The notes below the pieces were generated by a model that worked only from the letters and a program-made list of their open reading frames with translations, was not told the origin of the DNA and ran no database searches. A DNA stretch of 64,000 nt from an uncultured Pelagibacteraceae bacterium (GTDB lineage Bacteria; Pseudomonadota; Alphaproteobacteria; Pelagibacterales; Pelagibacteraceae): the NCBI GenBank assembly GCA_902595745.1, contig CACJRE010000001.1, positions 1,281-65,280 on the forward strand. Direction: 5' to 3'. The translations under genes and the position numbers were made by a program. Of the stretch, positions 9,976 to 20,415 are shown one piece after another; positions within the stretch are counted from its first letter, which is position 1; each line of letters starts with the position of its first letter.

Positions 9976-11079
9976 ATGGAAATAAAAAAAACATCTTTAA
10001 ATAAACTTCACCAAGACAATAAAGCTAAATTTGTAGAATTTGCTGGATATGAAATGCCCATTCAATATAGCAAAGGAATAGTTGAAGAACATAAATTTAC
10101 AAGATCAAATGCAGGAATCTTTGATGTCTCTCACATGGGGCAATTATATATTTATGGTGATGATAAATTGACTGATGATTTAGAAAAGATTTTTCCATTA
10201 GATTTAAAAAATTTAAGACAAAATTGCTCTAAATACAGTTTTTTGATGAATGATAATGCTGGAATTTATGATGATTTAATAATCACAAAAATTGAAAAAG
10301 GATATTTAATTATTTTAAATGCAGCCTGCAAAGACAATGACTTTAAAATTTTATCTAATTTACTGAAAGATAAATATGAAATGGTTCTTGACGATCAAAG
10401 ATCATTAATTGCAATACAAGGTCCAAAGTCAGTTGAGATTCTAAATAAAATAATTGATGGCGTTGAAAAACTCAATTTTATGACTGGGAATTGGTTTGAT
10501 TATAAAGACACAAAAGTTTTTGCTACAAGATCTGGTTACACTGGAGAGGATGGTTTTGAAATATCTATTAAAAATGAATTAGCTGAAGAATTTACTCAGT
10601 TTTTAATTGAAAATGGAGCACAACTAATAGGACTTGGGGCAAGAGATACCTTGAGATTAGAAGCTGGTTTGTGCTTATATGGACATGAACTTGATACAGA
10701 AAAAACACCAATTGAAGCAAACTTGAAGTGGGCAATTTCTAAAGAAAGAATTTCTAATGGTGGATTTGTAGGTTCAGAGAAAATTATGAAAGAAATAAAA
10801 GAGGGTACTTCAAAAATTAGAGTTGGAATTAAGCCAGAGGGTAGATTAATTGCTAGAGAAAAAACTAAAATTTTTAATGAGGCAGAAAAACCTATTGGCG
10901 AGGTAACTAGTGGAACTTATGGCCCAAGTGTCAATGGTCCAATAGCAATGGGTTATATTGATAAAGAATTTTCCAAAATTGATACTAAAATTTTATTAGA
11001 AGTAAGAGGAAAAAAACATTCTGCAAGTATTTGTGGATTACCATTTTATAAAAAAAGTTACGTGAAAGGAGTAAACTAA
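9976..11079 (+). CDS. gcvT: Glycine cleavage system aminomethyltransferase T
   Basis: [29 protein letters not shown] and [18 protein letters not shown] motifs. Confidence 0.96.
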   Translation: MEIKKTSLNKLHQDNKAKFVEFAGYEMPIQYSKGIVEEHKFTRSNAGIFDVSHMGQLYIYGDDKLTDDLEKIFPLDLKNLRQNCSKYSFLMNDNAGIYDDLIITKIEKGYLIILNAACKDNDFKILSNLLKDKYEMVLDDQRSLIAIQGPKSVEILNKIIDGVEKLNFMTGNWFDYKDTKVFATRSGYTGEDGFEISIKNELAEEFTQFLIENGAQLIGLGARDTLRLEAGLCLYGHELDTEKTPIEANLKWAISKERISNGGFVGSEKIMKEIKEGTSKIRVGIKPEGRLIAREKTKIFNEAEKPIGEVTSGTYGPSVNGPIAMGYIDKEFSKIDTKILLEVRGKKHSASICGLPFYKKSYVKGVN

Positions 11080-11459
11080 TGAGTGAAGTTAAATTTTCTA
11101 AAGAACATGAATGGATTACAGTAGAAGGAGATGTTGCCACTATTGGAATTACAAAACATGCAACAGAAATGTTAGGTGATATAGTATTTGCTGAATTACC
11201 TGAAAAAGGATCAAACGTTGAAAAAGATGGAACTGCGGGAGTAGTCGAGTCTACTAAAGCTGCAAGTGATGTTTATACTCCTGTAAGTGGTGAAGTGGTA
11301 GACACTAACCAATCAATTGTAGATGATCCTGCAAAGATTAATGAAGATCCTGAGGGCTCAGCTTGGTTTTTTAAACTTAAGTTAAAAGATAGTTCAGAGA
11401 TGGACAGCTTAATGAATAAAGAAGAATATGATAAATTTGCAAAGGAGAGTACTAGCTAA
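11079..11459 (+). CDS. gcvH: Glycine cleavage system H protein
   Basis: EHEW motif and lipoyl-lysine motif VESTKAASD. Confidence 0.96.
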   Translation: MSEVKFSKEHEWITVEGDVATIGITKHATEMLGDIVFAELPEKGSNVEKDGTAGVVESTKAASDVYTPVSGEVVDTNQSIVDDPAKINEDPEGSAWFFKLKLKDSSEMDSLMNKEEYDKFAKESTS

Positions 11460-14329
11460 TGTTACATAATTCACAAAAGGATTTTTTAAAAAGACATATC
11501 GGACCTTCAGATGAAGATCAAAATAAAATGCTGAAAGAGCTTAATTATAAATCATTAGATGATTTAATTAAAAGCACAGTTCCGGAAAAGATACAATTGA
11601 AAGATGAATTAAACATAGGTGAGTCTAACTCTGAGTATGAAGCGTTAAGAAAATTAAAAGCAATTTCAAAAAGAAATCAAATTTATTCAAATTTTATTGG
11701 TATGGGATATTATGGAACTTACACTCCATATGTGATTTTAAGAAATATCTTAGAAAATCCAGGATGGTATACCTCTTACACTCCTTATCAGCCTGAAGTG
11801 GCGCAAGGAAGATTAGAAATGCTTTTAAACTTCCAACAAATGATTGTGGATTTTACTGGCATGGATATTGCAAACGCATCTTTATTAGATGAAGGAACAG
11901 CAGCTGCAGAAGCTATGGGATTAAGTCATAGATTGAATAAAAAAGATAGTAATTTAGTTTTTGTCTCAGAAAATTGTCATCCACAAACAATTGATGTAAT
12001 TCAAACAAGAGCAGAGCCAATGGGATTAAAAGTGCTTGTTGGTAATGAGGATAAAGTATTAGATCAATTAAAAGAAGACTTGGTTTGTGGAATTCTTCAA
12101 TACCCAGGTACTTTAGGAGACATCAAAGATCCAAGCGAAGCGATTAGCAAAATTCATAAAAAAAATGGAAAAGCTGTTTTAGTTTCTGATTTATTAGCTT
12201 TAGCACTACTTAAGACCCCAAGAGAATTGGGTGCAGACATAGCAGTTGGAAGCTCACAAAGGTTTGGGATTCCAATGGGTTATGGTGGACCTCATGCAGC
12301 TTTTTTTGCAACTAAAGATGAGTTTAAAAGATCTATGCCAGGAAGAATTATTGGTGTGTCGGTTGATAGACATGGAAATAAAGCTTATCGATTATCGCTT
12401 CAAACAAGAGAACAACACATTAGAAGAGATAAAGCGACAAGTAACATTTGTACAGCGCAAGCATTGTTAGCAATTGTTTCAGCTGCATATGCCATTTACC
12501 ATGGGCCAGATGGAATAAAAACTATTGCAGAGCGAGTCTCGCAATTAGCTAAAAATTTTGCAGATAAATTAAAACAATCTGGATATGAAATTTATTCAGA
12601 CCATTTCTTTGATACAGTTACAATTGTAACAAAGGATAAAACTGATCAAATTTATAAAAATGCTTTAGATCAAAAAGTAAATATCAGAAGAGTAAGCTCT
12701 GAAATGTTAGCAGTTTCTTTTGATGAAAAGAAAAATGTTTATAGAGTAAATCAATTATTGAACATTTTTAATGCAGCTGAATCAATTAAAAAAGAAGATC
12801 CAACAGTAAGTTTGCCTAATTTACCAAAAAATTTATTAAGAACTTCAAAATATTTGGAACATCCTGTTTTTAATTCATATCATTCTGAAACTGAGATGCT
12901 TAGATATTTAAAAAAATTAGAAGATAAAGATATAGCTCTTAACAGAACTATGATTGCACTTGGTTCATGTACCATGAAATTAAATGCTACTGCAGAAATG
13001 ATACCTATATCATGGAGAGAATTAGCCGAACCTCATCCGTTTGTGCCTGTAGAACAAATGGAAGGGTATAGGGCATTATTCACTGATCTTAAAAATTGGT
13101 TAAGATCAATTACTGGTTTTTCTGGTGTTTCACTTCAACCTAACGCAGGTGCTCAAGGAGAGTACGCGGGATTAATGGTCATTAGAAAATATCATATAGA
13201 TAGAGGTGAAGAAAACAGAAATATATGTTTAATACCAAGCTCAGCCCATGGAACTAATCCCGCTAGTGCACAGATGGTTGGAATGAAAGTTGTAGTTGTT
13301 GATTGTGATAAAGAGGGAAATGTTGATTTTGATGATTTAAAGAAAAAAGCAGAAATACATTCTGAAAATCTGGGAGCATTAATGGTCACATATCCATCTA
13401 CTCATGGTGTATTTGAGGAAAAAATTACAGATATTTGTGAGCTTATACATAAACATGGCGGTCAAGTTTACATGGATGGTGCAAATTTAAATGCACTTGT
13501 TGGAATAGCAAGACCAGGAAACTTTGGTCCTGACGTTTGTCATATAAATTTACATAAAACATTCTGTATTCCACATGGTGGTGGAGGACCTGGAATGGGA
13601 CCTATTGCCTGCAAAAGACACTTACAAGTTTATCTGCCTAATCATCCAGTTGTTAAAGATTGCGGACCCGCTACTGGAATAGGAGCAGTTTCTGCTGCAC
13701 CTTGGGGAAGCTCAAGTATTTTGTCAATTTCTTGGATGTACATTAAAATGATGGGTTCTGAAGGTTTAAAACTAGCTACTCAAGTTGCAATTTTAAATGC
13801 AAATTATATTGCTCATAGACTTAAAGATCATTTTCCAATTCTTTATAAAGGCTCAAACGGCAATGTTGCTCATGAATGTATTATTGATATTCGATCTATT
13901 AAGAGTGAGACAGGTATCACCGAGGAAGATATTGCAAAAAGATTAATTGATTATGGTTTCCACGCACCAACAATGTCTTGGCCAGTTGCAGGAACTATGA
14001 TGATTGAGCCAACAGAGAGTGAAAGTTTATCTGAGCTTGATAGATTCTGTGATACTTTAATAAATATCAAATCTGAAATCGATATGATCAAGTCTGGTGA
14101 GTTTGATAAAGTAGATAATCCTATTAAGAATGCTCCTCATACGGATATAGAACTTGCATCAGATGAATGGGATCATAAATATTCTAGAGAGCAAGCTGCT
14201 TATCCTGCTAAGTTTTTAAAAACAAATAAATTTTGGCCACCAGTTGCAAGAGTGGACAATGTTTATGGAGATAAAAATATTTTTTGTACTTGTCCAAGTA
14301 TGGATGAGTTTAAAGAAGACGCGGCATAA
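11459..14329 (+). CDS. gcvP: Glycine dehydrogenase (decarboxylating), single-chain P protein
   Basis: YTPYQPEVAQGRLE, LGSCTMKLN and PLP motif HINLHKTFCIPHGGGGPG. Confidence 0.97.
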   Translation: MLHNSQKDFLKRHIGPSDEDQNKMLKELNYKSLDDLIKSTVPEKIQLKDELNIGESNSEYEALRKLKAISKRNQIYSNFIGMGYYGTYTPYVILRNILENPGWYTSYTPYQPEVAQGRLEMLLNFQQMIVDFTGMDIANASLLDEGTAAAEAMGLSHRLNKKDSNLVFVSENCHPQTIDVIQTRAEPMGLKVLVGNEDKVLDQLKEDLVCGILQYPGTLGDIKDPSEAISKIHKKNGKAVLVSDLLALALLKTPRELGADIAVGSSQRFGIPMGYGGPHAAFFATKDEFKRSMPGRIIGVSVDRHGNKAYRLSLQTREQHIRRDKATSNICTAQALLAIVSAAYAIYHGPDGIKTIAERVSQLAKNFADKLKQSGYEIYSDHFFDTVTIVTKDKTDQIYKNALDQKVNIRRVSSEMLAVSFDEKKNVYRVNQLLNIFNAAESIKKEDPTVSLPNLPKNLLRTSKYLEHPVFNSYHSETEMLRYLKKLEDKDIALNRTMIALGSCTMKLNATAEMIPISWRELAEPHPFVPVEQMEGYRALFTDLKNWLRSITGFSGVSLQPNAGAQGEYAGLMVIRKYHIDRGEENRNICLIPSSAHGTNPASAQMVGMKVVVVDCDKEGNVDFDDLKKKAEIHSENLGALMVTYPSTHGVFEEKITDICELIHKHGGQVYMDGANLNALVGIARPGNFGPDVCHINLHKTFCIPHGGGGPGMGPIACKRHLQVYLPNHPVVKDCGPATGIGAVSAAPWGSSSILSISWMYIKMMGSEGLKLATQVAILNANYIAHRLKDHFPILYKGSNGNVAHECIIDIRSIKSETGITEEDIAKRLIDYGFHAPTMSWPVAGTMMIEPTESESLSELDRFCDTLINIKSEIDMIKSGEFDKVDNPIKNAPHTDIELASDEWDHKYSREQAAYPAKFLKTNKFWPPVARVDNVYGDKNIFCTCPSMDEFKEDAA

Positions 14330-14335
14330 TCATTA

Positions 14336-15574
14336 ATGAAAATTGCTGTAGTTGGTTCTGGTATATCAGGCTTAAGTGCTGCTTATTATTTATCAAAAAA
14401 ACATCACGTAGATCTTTTTGAGAAAGAAGATCATTTTGGCGGTCATTCTCATACAATAGATTTAATTTTTGGTGAAAAGAAAGTATCAGTTGACATTGGT
14501 TTTATCGTATTCAATTTTCAAACTTACCCAAATTTAATTAAGTTTTTTAAAGAAAATGATGTTGAGATTGAAAAGAGTGATATGTCCTTTTCTGTATCAG
14601 TAGAAAACACCAATTTTGAATACTGTGGCAAAGGTTTGAATGGAATTTTTTCTAATAGATCTAATTTATTCAATTTTAATTTTTTAAGAATGTTTTTTGA
14701 TATCATAAAATTTTATAAAAATAGTGATCAAATAAATGTTACAGATCAAAAATTAACGTTAGGTGAATATTTAGAAAATAATAAACTATCAAAAACATTT
14801 ATTGATTATCATATAATTCCGATGGTGTCTGCAATCTGGTCTATGCCACCTTATGAAGCTAGCAAGATGCCAATAACTTTTTTTTTAAAATTTTTTCAAA
14901 ATCATGGGCTGTTTAAATTAAAAAATAGACCTCAGTGGTATACAGTAACCAATAGAAGCAGAACTTATGTTAATAAAATAATTTCAAAAATAAGTGGTGA
15001 ATACTTCAAAAATTATAAAATAAAAAAAGTAAAAAGAAAATCTAAAGGAATAGATTTATATTATGGTGGTGAAAGTGAATTTTTTGATTACGATAAAGTT
15101 ATAATAGCAGCTCACGCAGATGAAGCTTTAAAATTGATTGAAAATCCTACTGATGAAGAAATCAAAATTTTATCCAATTTTAGTTATAAGGAAAATATCG
15201 CTTACATTCATACTGATCAAAGAGCGATGCCAAAAAATAAAAAAGCATGGTCCTCATGGAATTCATTGATAAATGATAAAGATATAGAAAAAAATTCCAT
15301 TACTTATTGGTTAAATCTTTTGCAAAATCTTAAATGTGATCAGGATATTTTTTTAACTCTTAATCCTTATTTTGAGATTGATGAGAGTAAAATACTAAAA
15401 ATTGTTAAATTTACTCATCCTTATTATGATCAACAAGCATTAGATGCACAATCTGAGTTAGTTAATTTACAAAATAAAAAAGATTTACTTTTTTGTGGGA
15501 GTTATTTTGGTTACGGTTTTCATGAAGATGGAATAAAATCCTCCATAGAAATGCTTAGATCTTTAAATGATTAA
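14336..15574 (+). CDS. FAD-dependent oxidoreductase (amine-oxidase fold), UfaD/RSP1091-like fatty acid desaturase candidate
   Basis: GSGISGL, GGHSHT, VDIGFIVFN..TYPN and GYGFHEDG motifs; followed by DUF1365 and Cfa-like genes. Confidence 0.8.
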   Translation: MKIAVVGSGISGLSAAYYLSKKHHVDLFEKEDHFGGHSHTIDLIFGEKKVSVDIGFIVFNFQTYPNLIKFFKENDVEIEKSDMSFSVSVENTNFEYCGKGLNGIFSNRSNLFNFNFLRMFFDIIKFYKNSDQINVTDQKLTLGEYLENNKLSKTFIDYHIIPMVSAIWSMPPYEASKMPITFFLKFFQNHGLFKLKNRPQWYTVTNRSRTYVNKIISKISGEYFKNYKIKKVKRKSKGIDLYYGGESEFFDYDKVIIAAHADEALKLIENPTDEEIKILSNFSYKENIAYIHTDQRAMPKNKKAWSSWNSLINDKDIEKNSITYWLNLLQNLKCDQDIFLTLNPYFEIDESKILKIVKFTHPYYDQQALDAQSELVNLQNKKDLLFCGSYFGYGFHEDGIKSSIEMLRSLND

Positions 15575-16331
15575 TTCAGCTATTTATAACGGTAAAGTAA
15601 TACATAAACGATTTAAGCCTAAAGTTCATTATTTCAAATATAAAGTTTTTTCGTTGTTAATAGACCTTTCTGAATTAGAAATTTTAGACAAAAAAGTAAA
15701 TTTTTTTTCTTATAATAAATTCAATTTAATCAGTTTTTATGAAAAAGATCACGGCGATAGAGATGGATCTTCCTTAACTTCATGGGTAAAAAAAAATTTA
15801 GAAAAAAATAATATTCAAACCAAAGATATTAAAATTAAAATTTTGTGTTATCCAAGAATTTTTGGATTTGTATTTAATCCTTTAAGTGTTTTTTATATTT
15901 ATAATTTACAAGATCAGTTAATTTCAATTTTGTATGAGGTAAAAAACACTTTTGGTGAACAACACACATATATATTCAAAGTAACAAAGGATGCCAATCT
16001 GGTACAAAACAATTGTTCTAAAAAATTTCATGTTTCACCATTTATTGAGATGAATTGTAATTATTTTTTTAGGTTATTAAAACCTGGAAATAAAATATCT
16101 GTGATAATTGATCAATATGATAGTGAGGATCAAATCTTATATGCTTCTCAAGATGGAACTAGAAGTGATTTTAATACACAACATCTGATTAAATCTTACT
16201 TAAAACACCCAATAATGACTTTTAAAATTATTTTAGCGATACATTTTGAAGCGTTTAAACTTTGGGCAAAAGGAATTAAATTCATAAAAAAGAAAATCAA
16301 GATTAAAAATAATATAACTATTGAGAATTAA
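15567..16331 (+). CDS. DUF1365 family protein (UfaO/RSP1090-like)
   Basis: HKRFKP, PRIFGFVFNPLS, EVKNTFGEQH, KKFHVSPF and IHFEA motifs. Confidence 0.85.
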   Translation: MINSAIYNGKVIHKRFKPKVHYFKYKVFSLLIDLSELEILDKKVNFFSYNKFNLISFYEKDHGDRDGSSLTSWVKKNLEKNNIQTKDIKIKILCYPRIFGFVFNPLSVFYIYNLQDQLISILYEVKNTFGEQHTYIFKVTKDANLVQNNCSKKFHVSPFIEMNCNYFFRLLKPGNKISVIIDQYDSEDQILYASQDGTRSDFNTQHLIKSYLKHPIMTFKIILAIHFEAFKLWAKGIKFIKKKIKIKNNITIEN

Positions 16332-17509
16332 TGATTTTATACACAATTGCTGACAAAATAATTTTTAATATTCTAAAAAAAATAAATGTTGGTTATTTGG
16401 AAATCACCTCATCCTCTGGAGAACTTTTAAAATTTGGTAATTATGATGATAAACTCAAAGCGGATTTAAAAATTAAATCTTCAGCTCTTAATTATAATTT
16501 AATTAAAGGAGGAAGCGTTGGTTTAGCCGAGTGTTATATGAGAAATGAGTTTGAAACAAGTAACCTATCTAATCTAATTGAATTAGCAGCAAGAAACATA
16601 ACTATTATTCATAAATTTTCAGGAATATTGGATTTAAAATTCTTAAATTTTATAAAAAATAAGTTTATTAAAAATACAAAAAGCAGAAGCAGAGAAAATA
16701 TAGCTAAACACTATGATCTTGGAAATGATTTCTTTTCTCTTTGGCTTGATAAAACTCTAACATATTCTAGTGCAATATTTGATGAGCAAAATAAAGATTT
16801 AGATCAGGCTCAAAACAACAAATATCAAAAATTGATAAATTTAATTCAGCCTAGTAACGGAGATAAAGTTTTAGAAATAGGTTGTGGATGGGGTGGATTT
16901 GCCGAATACTTAGGAAAAAATTACGACGTCAAATTAGACTGTATTACAATTTCAAAAAAACAATATGAATATGCTAAAGAGAGAATTCATAATTGTGGTC
17001 TTAATGAAAAAGTAAATATTGAAATTAAAGACTATAGAGATTTAAATAGTAAATATAATTCGATTGCATCAATTGAAATGATTGAAGCTGTAGGACAAAA
17101 TTATTTAGAGAGTTATTTTAAAACTATTAAAGATAATTTGTCTGATGGAGGAAAAGCTGCAATACAAGCGATCACAATTGATGATAGTTTGTACGATCGG
17201 TATAGAAATAAACAAGATTTTATTCAAAAATATATTTTTCCAGGTGGATTTCTGCCAAATAAAAATACTATCAATAAATTAGTTTCTAAGAATGGACTAA
17301 GTGTGAATTCTTATATCTCATACGCAAATCATTATGCCGATACATTGGCAATTTGGAGAGATGAATTTAATAAAAAGTGGAGTTTAATTAAAGATCAAGG
17401 ATTTGATTTAACTTTTAAGAGAATGTGGGAATTTTACCTATCTTATTGTGAAGCTGGATTTAAATCTAAGAATATTGATTTGATTCAATTCTCAATGCAG
17501 AATAAATAA
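16331..17509 (+). CDS. Cfa-family SAM-dependent fatty acyl methyltransferase (UfaM-like)
   Basis: NIAKHYDLGN, VLEIGCGWGG, SIEMIEAVG, FIQKYIFPGG and YLSYCEAGF motifs. Confidence 0.88.
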   Translation: MILYTIADKIIFNILKKINVGYLEITSSSGELLKFGNYDDKLKADLKIKSSALNYNLIKGGSVGLAECYMRNEFETSNLSNLIELAARNITIIHKFSGILDLKFLNFIKNKFIKNTKSRSRENIAKHYDLGNDFFSLWLDKTLTYSSAIFDEQNKDLDQAQNNKYQKLINLIQPSNGDKVLEIGCGWGGFAEYLGKNYDVKLDCITISKKQYEYAKERIHNCGLNEKVNIEIKDYRDLNSKYNSIASIEMIEAVGQNYLESYFKTIKDNLSDGGKAAIQAITIDDSLYDRYRNKQDFIQKYIFPGGFLPNKNTINKLVSKNGLSVNSYISYANHYADTLAIWRDEFNKKWSLIKDQGFDLTFKRMWEFYLSYCEAGFKSKNIDLIQFSMQNK

Positions 17510-17519
17510 AAGGACTAAA

Positions 17520-18059
17520 ATGAAAATAATTAAGTCAATTTCGTTGATAATTTTGGCATTCTTAATTACAAGTTGCTCAAAAAATAGTGCTATGAAACCA
17601 GAAGATTTTAAAGATAAAGAGCCGCGATTAATTATTGAAGAATATCTAACAGGAAATGTTAAAGCTTGGGGTGTTTTGCAAAATAGATCTGGAAAAGTTA
17701 CACGACAATTCTCAGCTGATTTAGATGGAACATGGGATGGCAAACAATTAATTTTAAAAGAAAAATTTAATTGGGATGATGGAGAAGTTCAAGATCGTGA
17801 GTGGACAATTACCAAAATAGATGAACATAATTATGAAGGCACAGCAGGGGATGTTGTTGGAAAAGCAATAGGCTATTCTTACGGACCTGCATTTAAATTT
17901 GAGTATGTTTTATTAGTTCCAGTTAAAGGAAAAGAATTGAAGATTACTTTTGACGATTGGATCTTTAAACAAGATGAAAGAGTTGCAATCAACAGAGCTA
18001 CAATGACCAAGTTTGGATTTAAAGTAGCTGAGTTAACAGTTGTATTTGTTAAAGATTAA
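17520..18059 (+). CDS. DUF3833 family lipoprotein
   Basis: Lipobox LITSC; AWG..Q.RSGKVTRQF and FDDW motifs. Confidence 0.78.
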   Translation: MKIIKSISLIILAFLITSCSKNSAMKPEDFKDKEPRLIIEEYLTGNVKAWGVLQNRSGKVTRQFSADLDGTWDGKQLILKEKFNWDDGEVQDREWTITKIDEHNYEGTAGDVVGKAIGYSYGPAFKFEYVLLVPVKGKELKITFDDWIFKQDERVAINRATMTKFGFKVAELTVVFVKD

Positions 18060-18818
18060 TTATTTCTTTTGATGCTTAGTCATCTTCCCTACTAATTTAA
18101 AATAAAGTTTACTTGGAAGAAAACTAAAGAACTTTAAAGTTAAAGTAAGTGCTTTTGGGAAATGAATCTCGAAAACATTTTTATTTATCAAGCCATCATA
18201 AATTTGATCAGCTGCAAATTCAGGTGTTTTTAAAAATGGCATTTTAAAATCATTTTTATCAGTCATTGGTGTTTTAATAAAACCAGGAGAAACTAAACAA
18301 ACTCGAACATTAAATCTTTGAAAATCAAAATATAAACTTTCTGCTAAATTATTTAGTGCAGATTTTGATGGCCCATAACCTGTTGAATTAGGCAATCCTC
18401 TATAACCAGCGATAGATGAAACTATAGTAATTATACCATTTTTTCTTTCTCTGTAATATTGTTCCACTGTTTTAATTGAGTTTACTGTTCCAAAAAAATT
18501 TACTTTGAAAACATCTTCCATTTGCTCAACATCAATTTCTTTTTCTTTTTTTGGATTCCATGTACCAGTTGAAAAAAAACATATATCAATATTTTCAAAC
18601 TTAGTTTTAATCTGATTGAAAACTTCTATGCATTTTGTTTTGTCAGTTACATCCAAAGGAAATGATGAAATATTTTCATAATTTTTTGAAAGCTCATCTA
18701 AAAGTTCAACTCTTCTTGCAGATACAGCAACATTCCAACCTTTGTTAGCAAATTTAATTGCTAAGGCTTTACCAATTCCTGTACTACCACCAGTTATCCA
18801 AATAGTTTTTTTGCTCAT
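18060..18818 (-). CDS. Short-chain dehydrogenase/reductase
   Basis: TGGSTGIG and catalytic YGPSK motifs. Confidence 0.88.
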   Translation of the reverse strand: MSKKTIWITGGSTGIGKALAIKFANKGWNVAVSARRVELLDELSKNYENISSFPLDVTDKTKCIEVFNQIKTKFENIDICFFSTGTWNPKKEKEIDVEQMEDVFKVNFFGTVNSIKTVEQYYRERKNGIITIVSSIAGYRGLPNSTGYGPSKSALNNLAESLYFDFQRFNVRVCLVSPGFIKTPMTDKNDFKMPFLKTPEFAADQIYDGLINKNVFEIHFPKALTLTLKFFSFLPSKLYFKLVGKMTKHQKK

Positions 18819-18839
18819 TTTTTGTTATGTATTATTAAC

Positions 18840-19307
18840 ATGATTAAAAATAAATTATTAACATTTATACTCTTTCTTCTCATTACTTTTTCAGCTTCCT
18901 TAATCGGAGGTTTAGCAACAATTAATTTTATGAATCCTTGGTATTCATTATTGAATAAGCCAGTATTTAATCCTCCGGATTGGGTGTTTGGTCCTGTGTG
19001 GACTATTCTTTACTTAATGATGACTATTTCGATATGGCTTTATTGGCATACAAAAAATAAAGAAATGAATACGATTTATATTTATTTCATACATTTAGTT
19101 TTTAATGCAACTTGGAGTATAATTTTTTTTGCACTTCATAATATGATTTTGGCTTTAGTTGTATTAGTCATATTAATAGCATTGATTATCAATCTTATTT
19201 TAAGGTTTAGACGCGTCAAGATGATAAGTGCTTATTTGATGATTCCATATTTACTTTGGTGCTGCTTTGCACTAGTGCTCAATATAAGTTTAATTATTTT
19301 AAATTAA
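18840..19307 (+). CDS. tspO: TspO/MBR tryptophan-rich sensory protein
   Basis: WYSLLNKPVFNPPDWVFGPVWTILY and PYLLW motifs. ATG at 18840 is the likely start. Confidence 0.9.
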   Translation: MIKNKLLTFILFLLITFSASLIGGLATINFMNPWYSLLNKPVFNPPDWVFGPVWTILYLMMTISIWLYWHTKNKEMNTIYIYFIHLVFNATWSIIFFALHNMILALVVLVILIALIINLILRFRRVKMISAYLMIPYLLWCCFALVLNISLIILN

Positions 19308-19309
19308 AT

Positions 19310-20413
19310 ATGGATGATGTAGTTGTAATTGGTGGGGGTATCATAGGGGCTGCTACAGCCTATTTTCTATCTAAAGAAGGTAGAAAAGTAAAAGTAATAG
19401 AAAGAGACCCAACTTATAAAACAGCTTCATTTCCTTTATCATTAGGGGGATTTAGAAGACAATTTTTTCAAAAAGAAAATATTTTACTTGGTAAGTTTGC
19501 TAGAGAATTTATTTTTCAAATTCCTGATCTTCTAAAAACTGAAAAAAATCCTAACCCTACTGCAAGTATGGTTACCAATGGATATTTATTGATGTTTGGT
19601 CCTGAACATGCTGAAGAACAATATAGGGCTTTAGAAAACCATAAAGCATGTGAAGCTGGAACAAAAAATATTAAAGGTTCAGAGTTATCTAAAGTTTTTC
19701 CATATATTAACAGCGAAGGTATCGAAACAGCAACTTATACAGATAATCAAAGTGAAGGATGGATAGACCCATTTATGTTTCATAGTGCACTCAAAAGTAA
19801 AGCAATAGAACTTGGAGCTGAATTTATTAAAGGTGAAGTAAAAAGTATTTCTGAAATTAAAGCTAAAACAATTGTATCGGCAGCAGGATGTTGGACTAAG
19901 GAACTTTTAGAAGACATTCCGGTGGTTCCTCAAAAACATACTGTTTTCAGAGTAAAATGCCCGAAGTATATAAAAGAGATGCCTTTAACTGGTGATTTAA
20001 CAACAGGAGTTTATTGGAGACCAGAGGGTGGAGAATATTTAGCGGGATCACCAAATTCAGTCTTTGATGCTACTGATTTGGAACCAGCTTGGAATGATTT
20101 TGAAGAACTAGTATGGCCTGCATTAGCACAAAGAATACCAGCATTTGAAGAGTTAAAACTTACAGGTGGTTGGGCAGGCTTTTATGACTGTAATAAACTA
20201 GATAACAACGCAGTTGTAGGCAAACATCCAAAGTTTGATAATGTTTACATGGCATCTGGTTTTACTGGTAGAGGATTGATGCAAGCCCCAGGAATTGGTA
20301 GAGCATTAACTGAATTAATAACAACTGGCTCTTACCAGACAATTGATATTAGTGATTTTGCAGTTGAAAGAGTACTTGGAAATAGTGCTAGACCTGAACC
20401 TTACGTTTTATAA
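19310..20413 (+). CDS. FAD-dependent oxidoreductase, DAO/sarcosine oxidase-beta/FOXRED1-like
   Basis: GGGIIG, GGFRRQF, WAGFYD and GFTGRGLMQAPGIGR motifs. ATG at 19310. Confidence 0.75.
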   Translation: MDDVVVIGGGIIGAATAYFLSKEGRKVKVIERDPTYKTASFPLSLGGFRRQFFQKENILLGKFAREFIFQIPDLLKTEKNPNPTASMVTNGYLLMFGPEHAEEQYRALENHKACEAGTKNIKGSELSKVFPYINSEGIETATYTDNQSEGWIDPFMFHSALKSKAIELGAEFIKGEVKSISEIKAKTIVSAAGCWTKELLEDIPVVPQKHTVFRVKCPKYIKEMPLTGDLTTGVYWRPEGGEYLAGSPNSVFDATDLEPAWNDFEELVWPALAQRIPAFEELKLTGGWAGFYDCNKLDNNAVVGKHPKFDNVYMASGFTGRGLMQAPGIGRALTELITTGSYQTIDISDFAVERVLGNSARPEPYVL

Positions 20414-20415
20414 TT

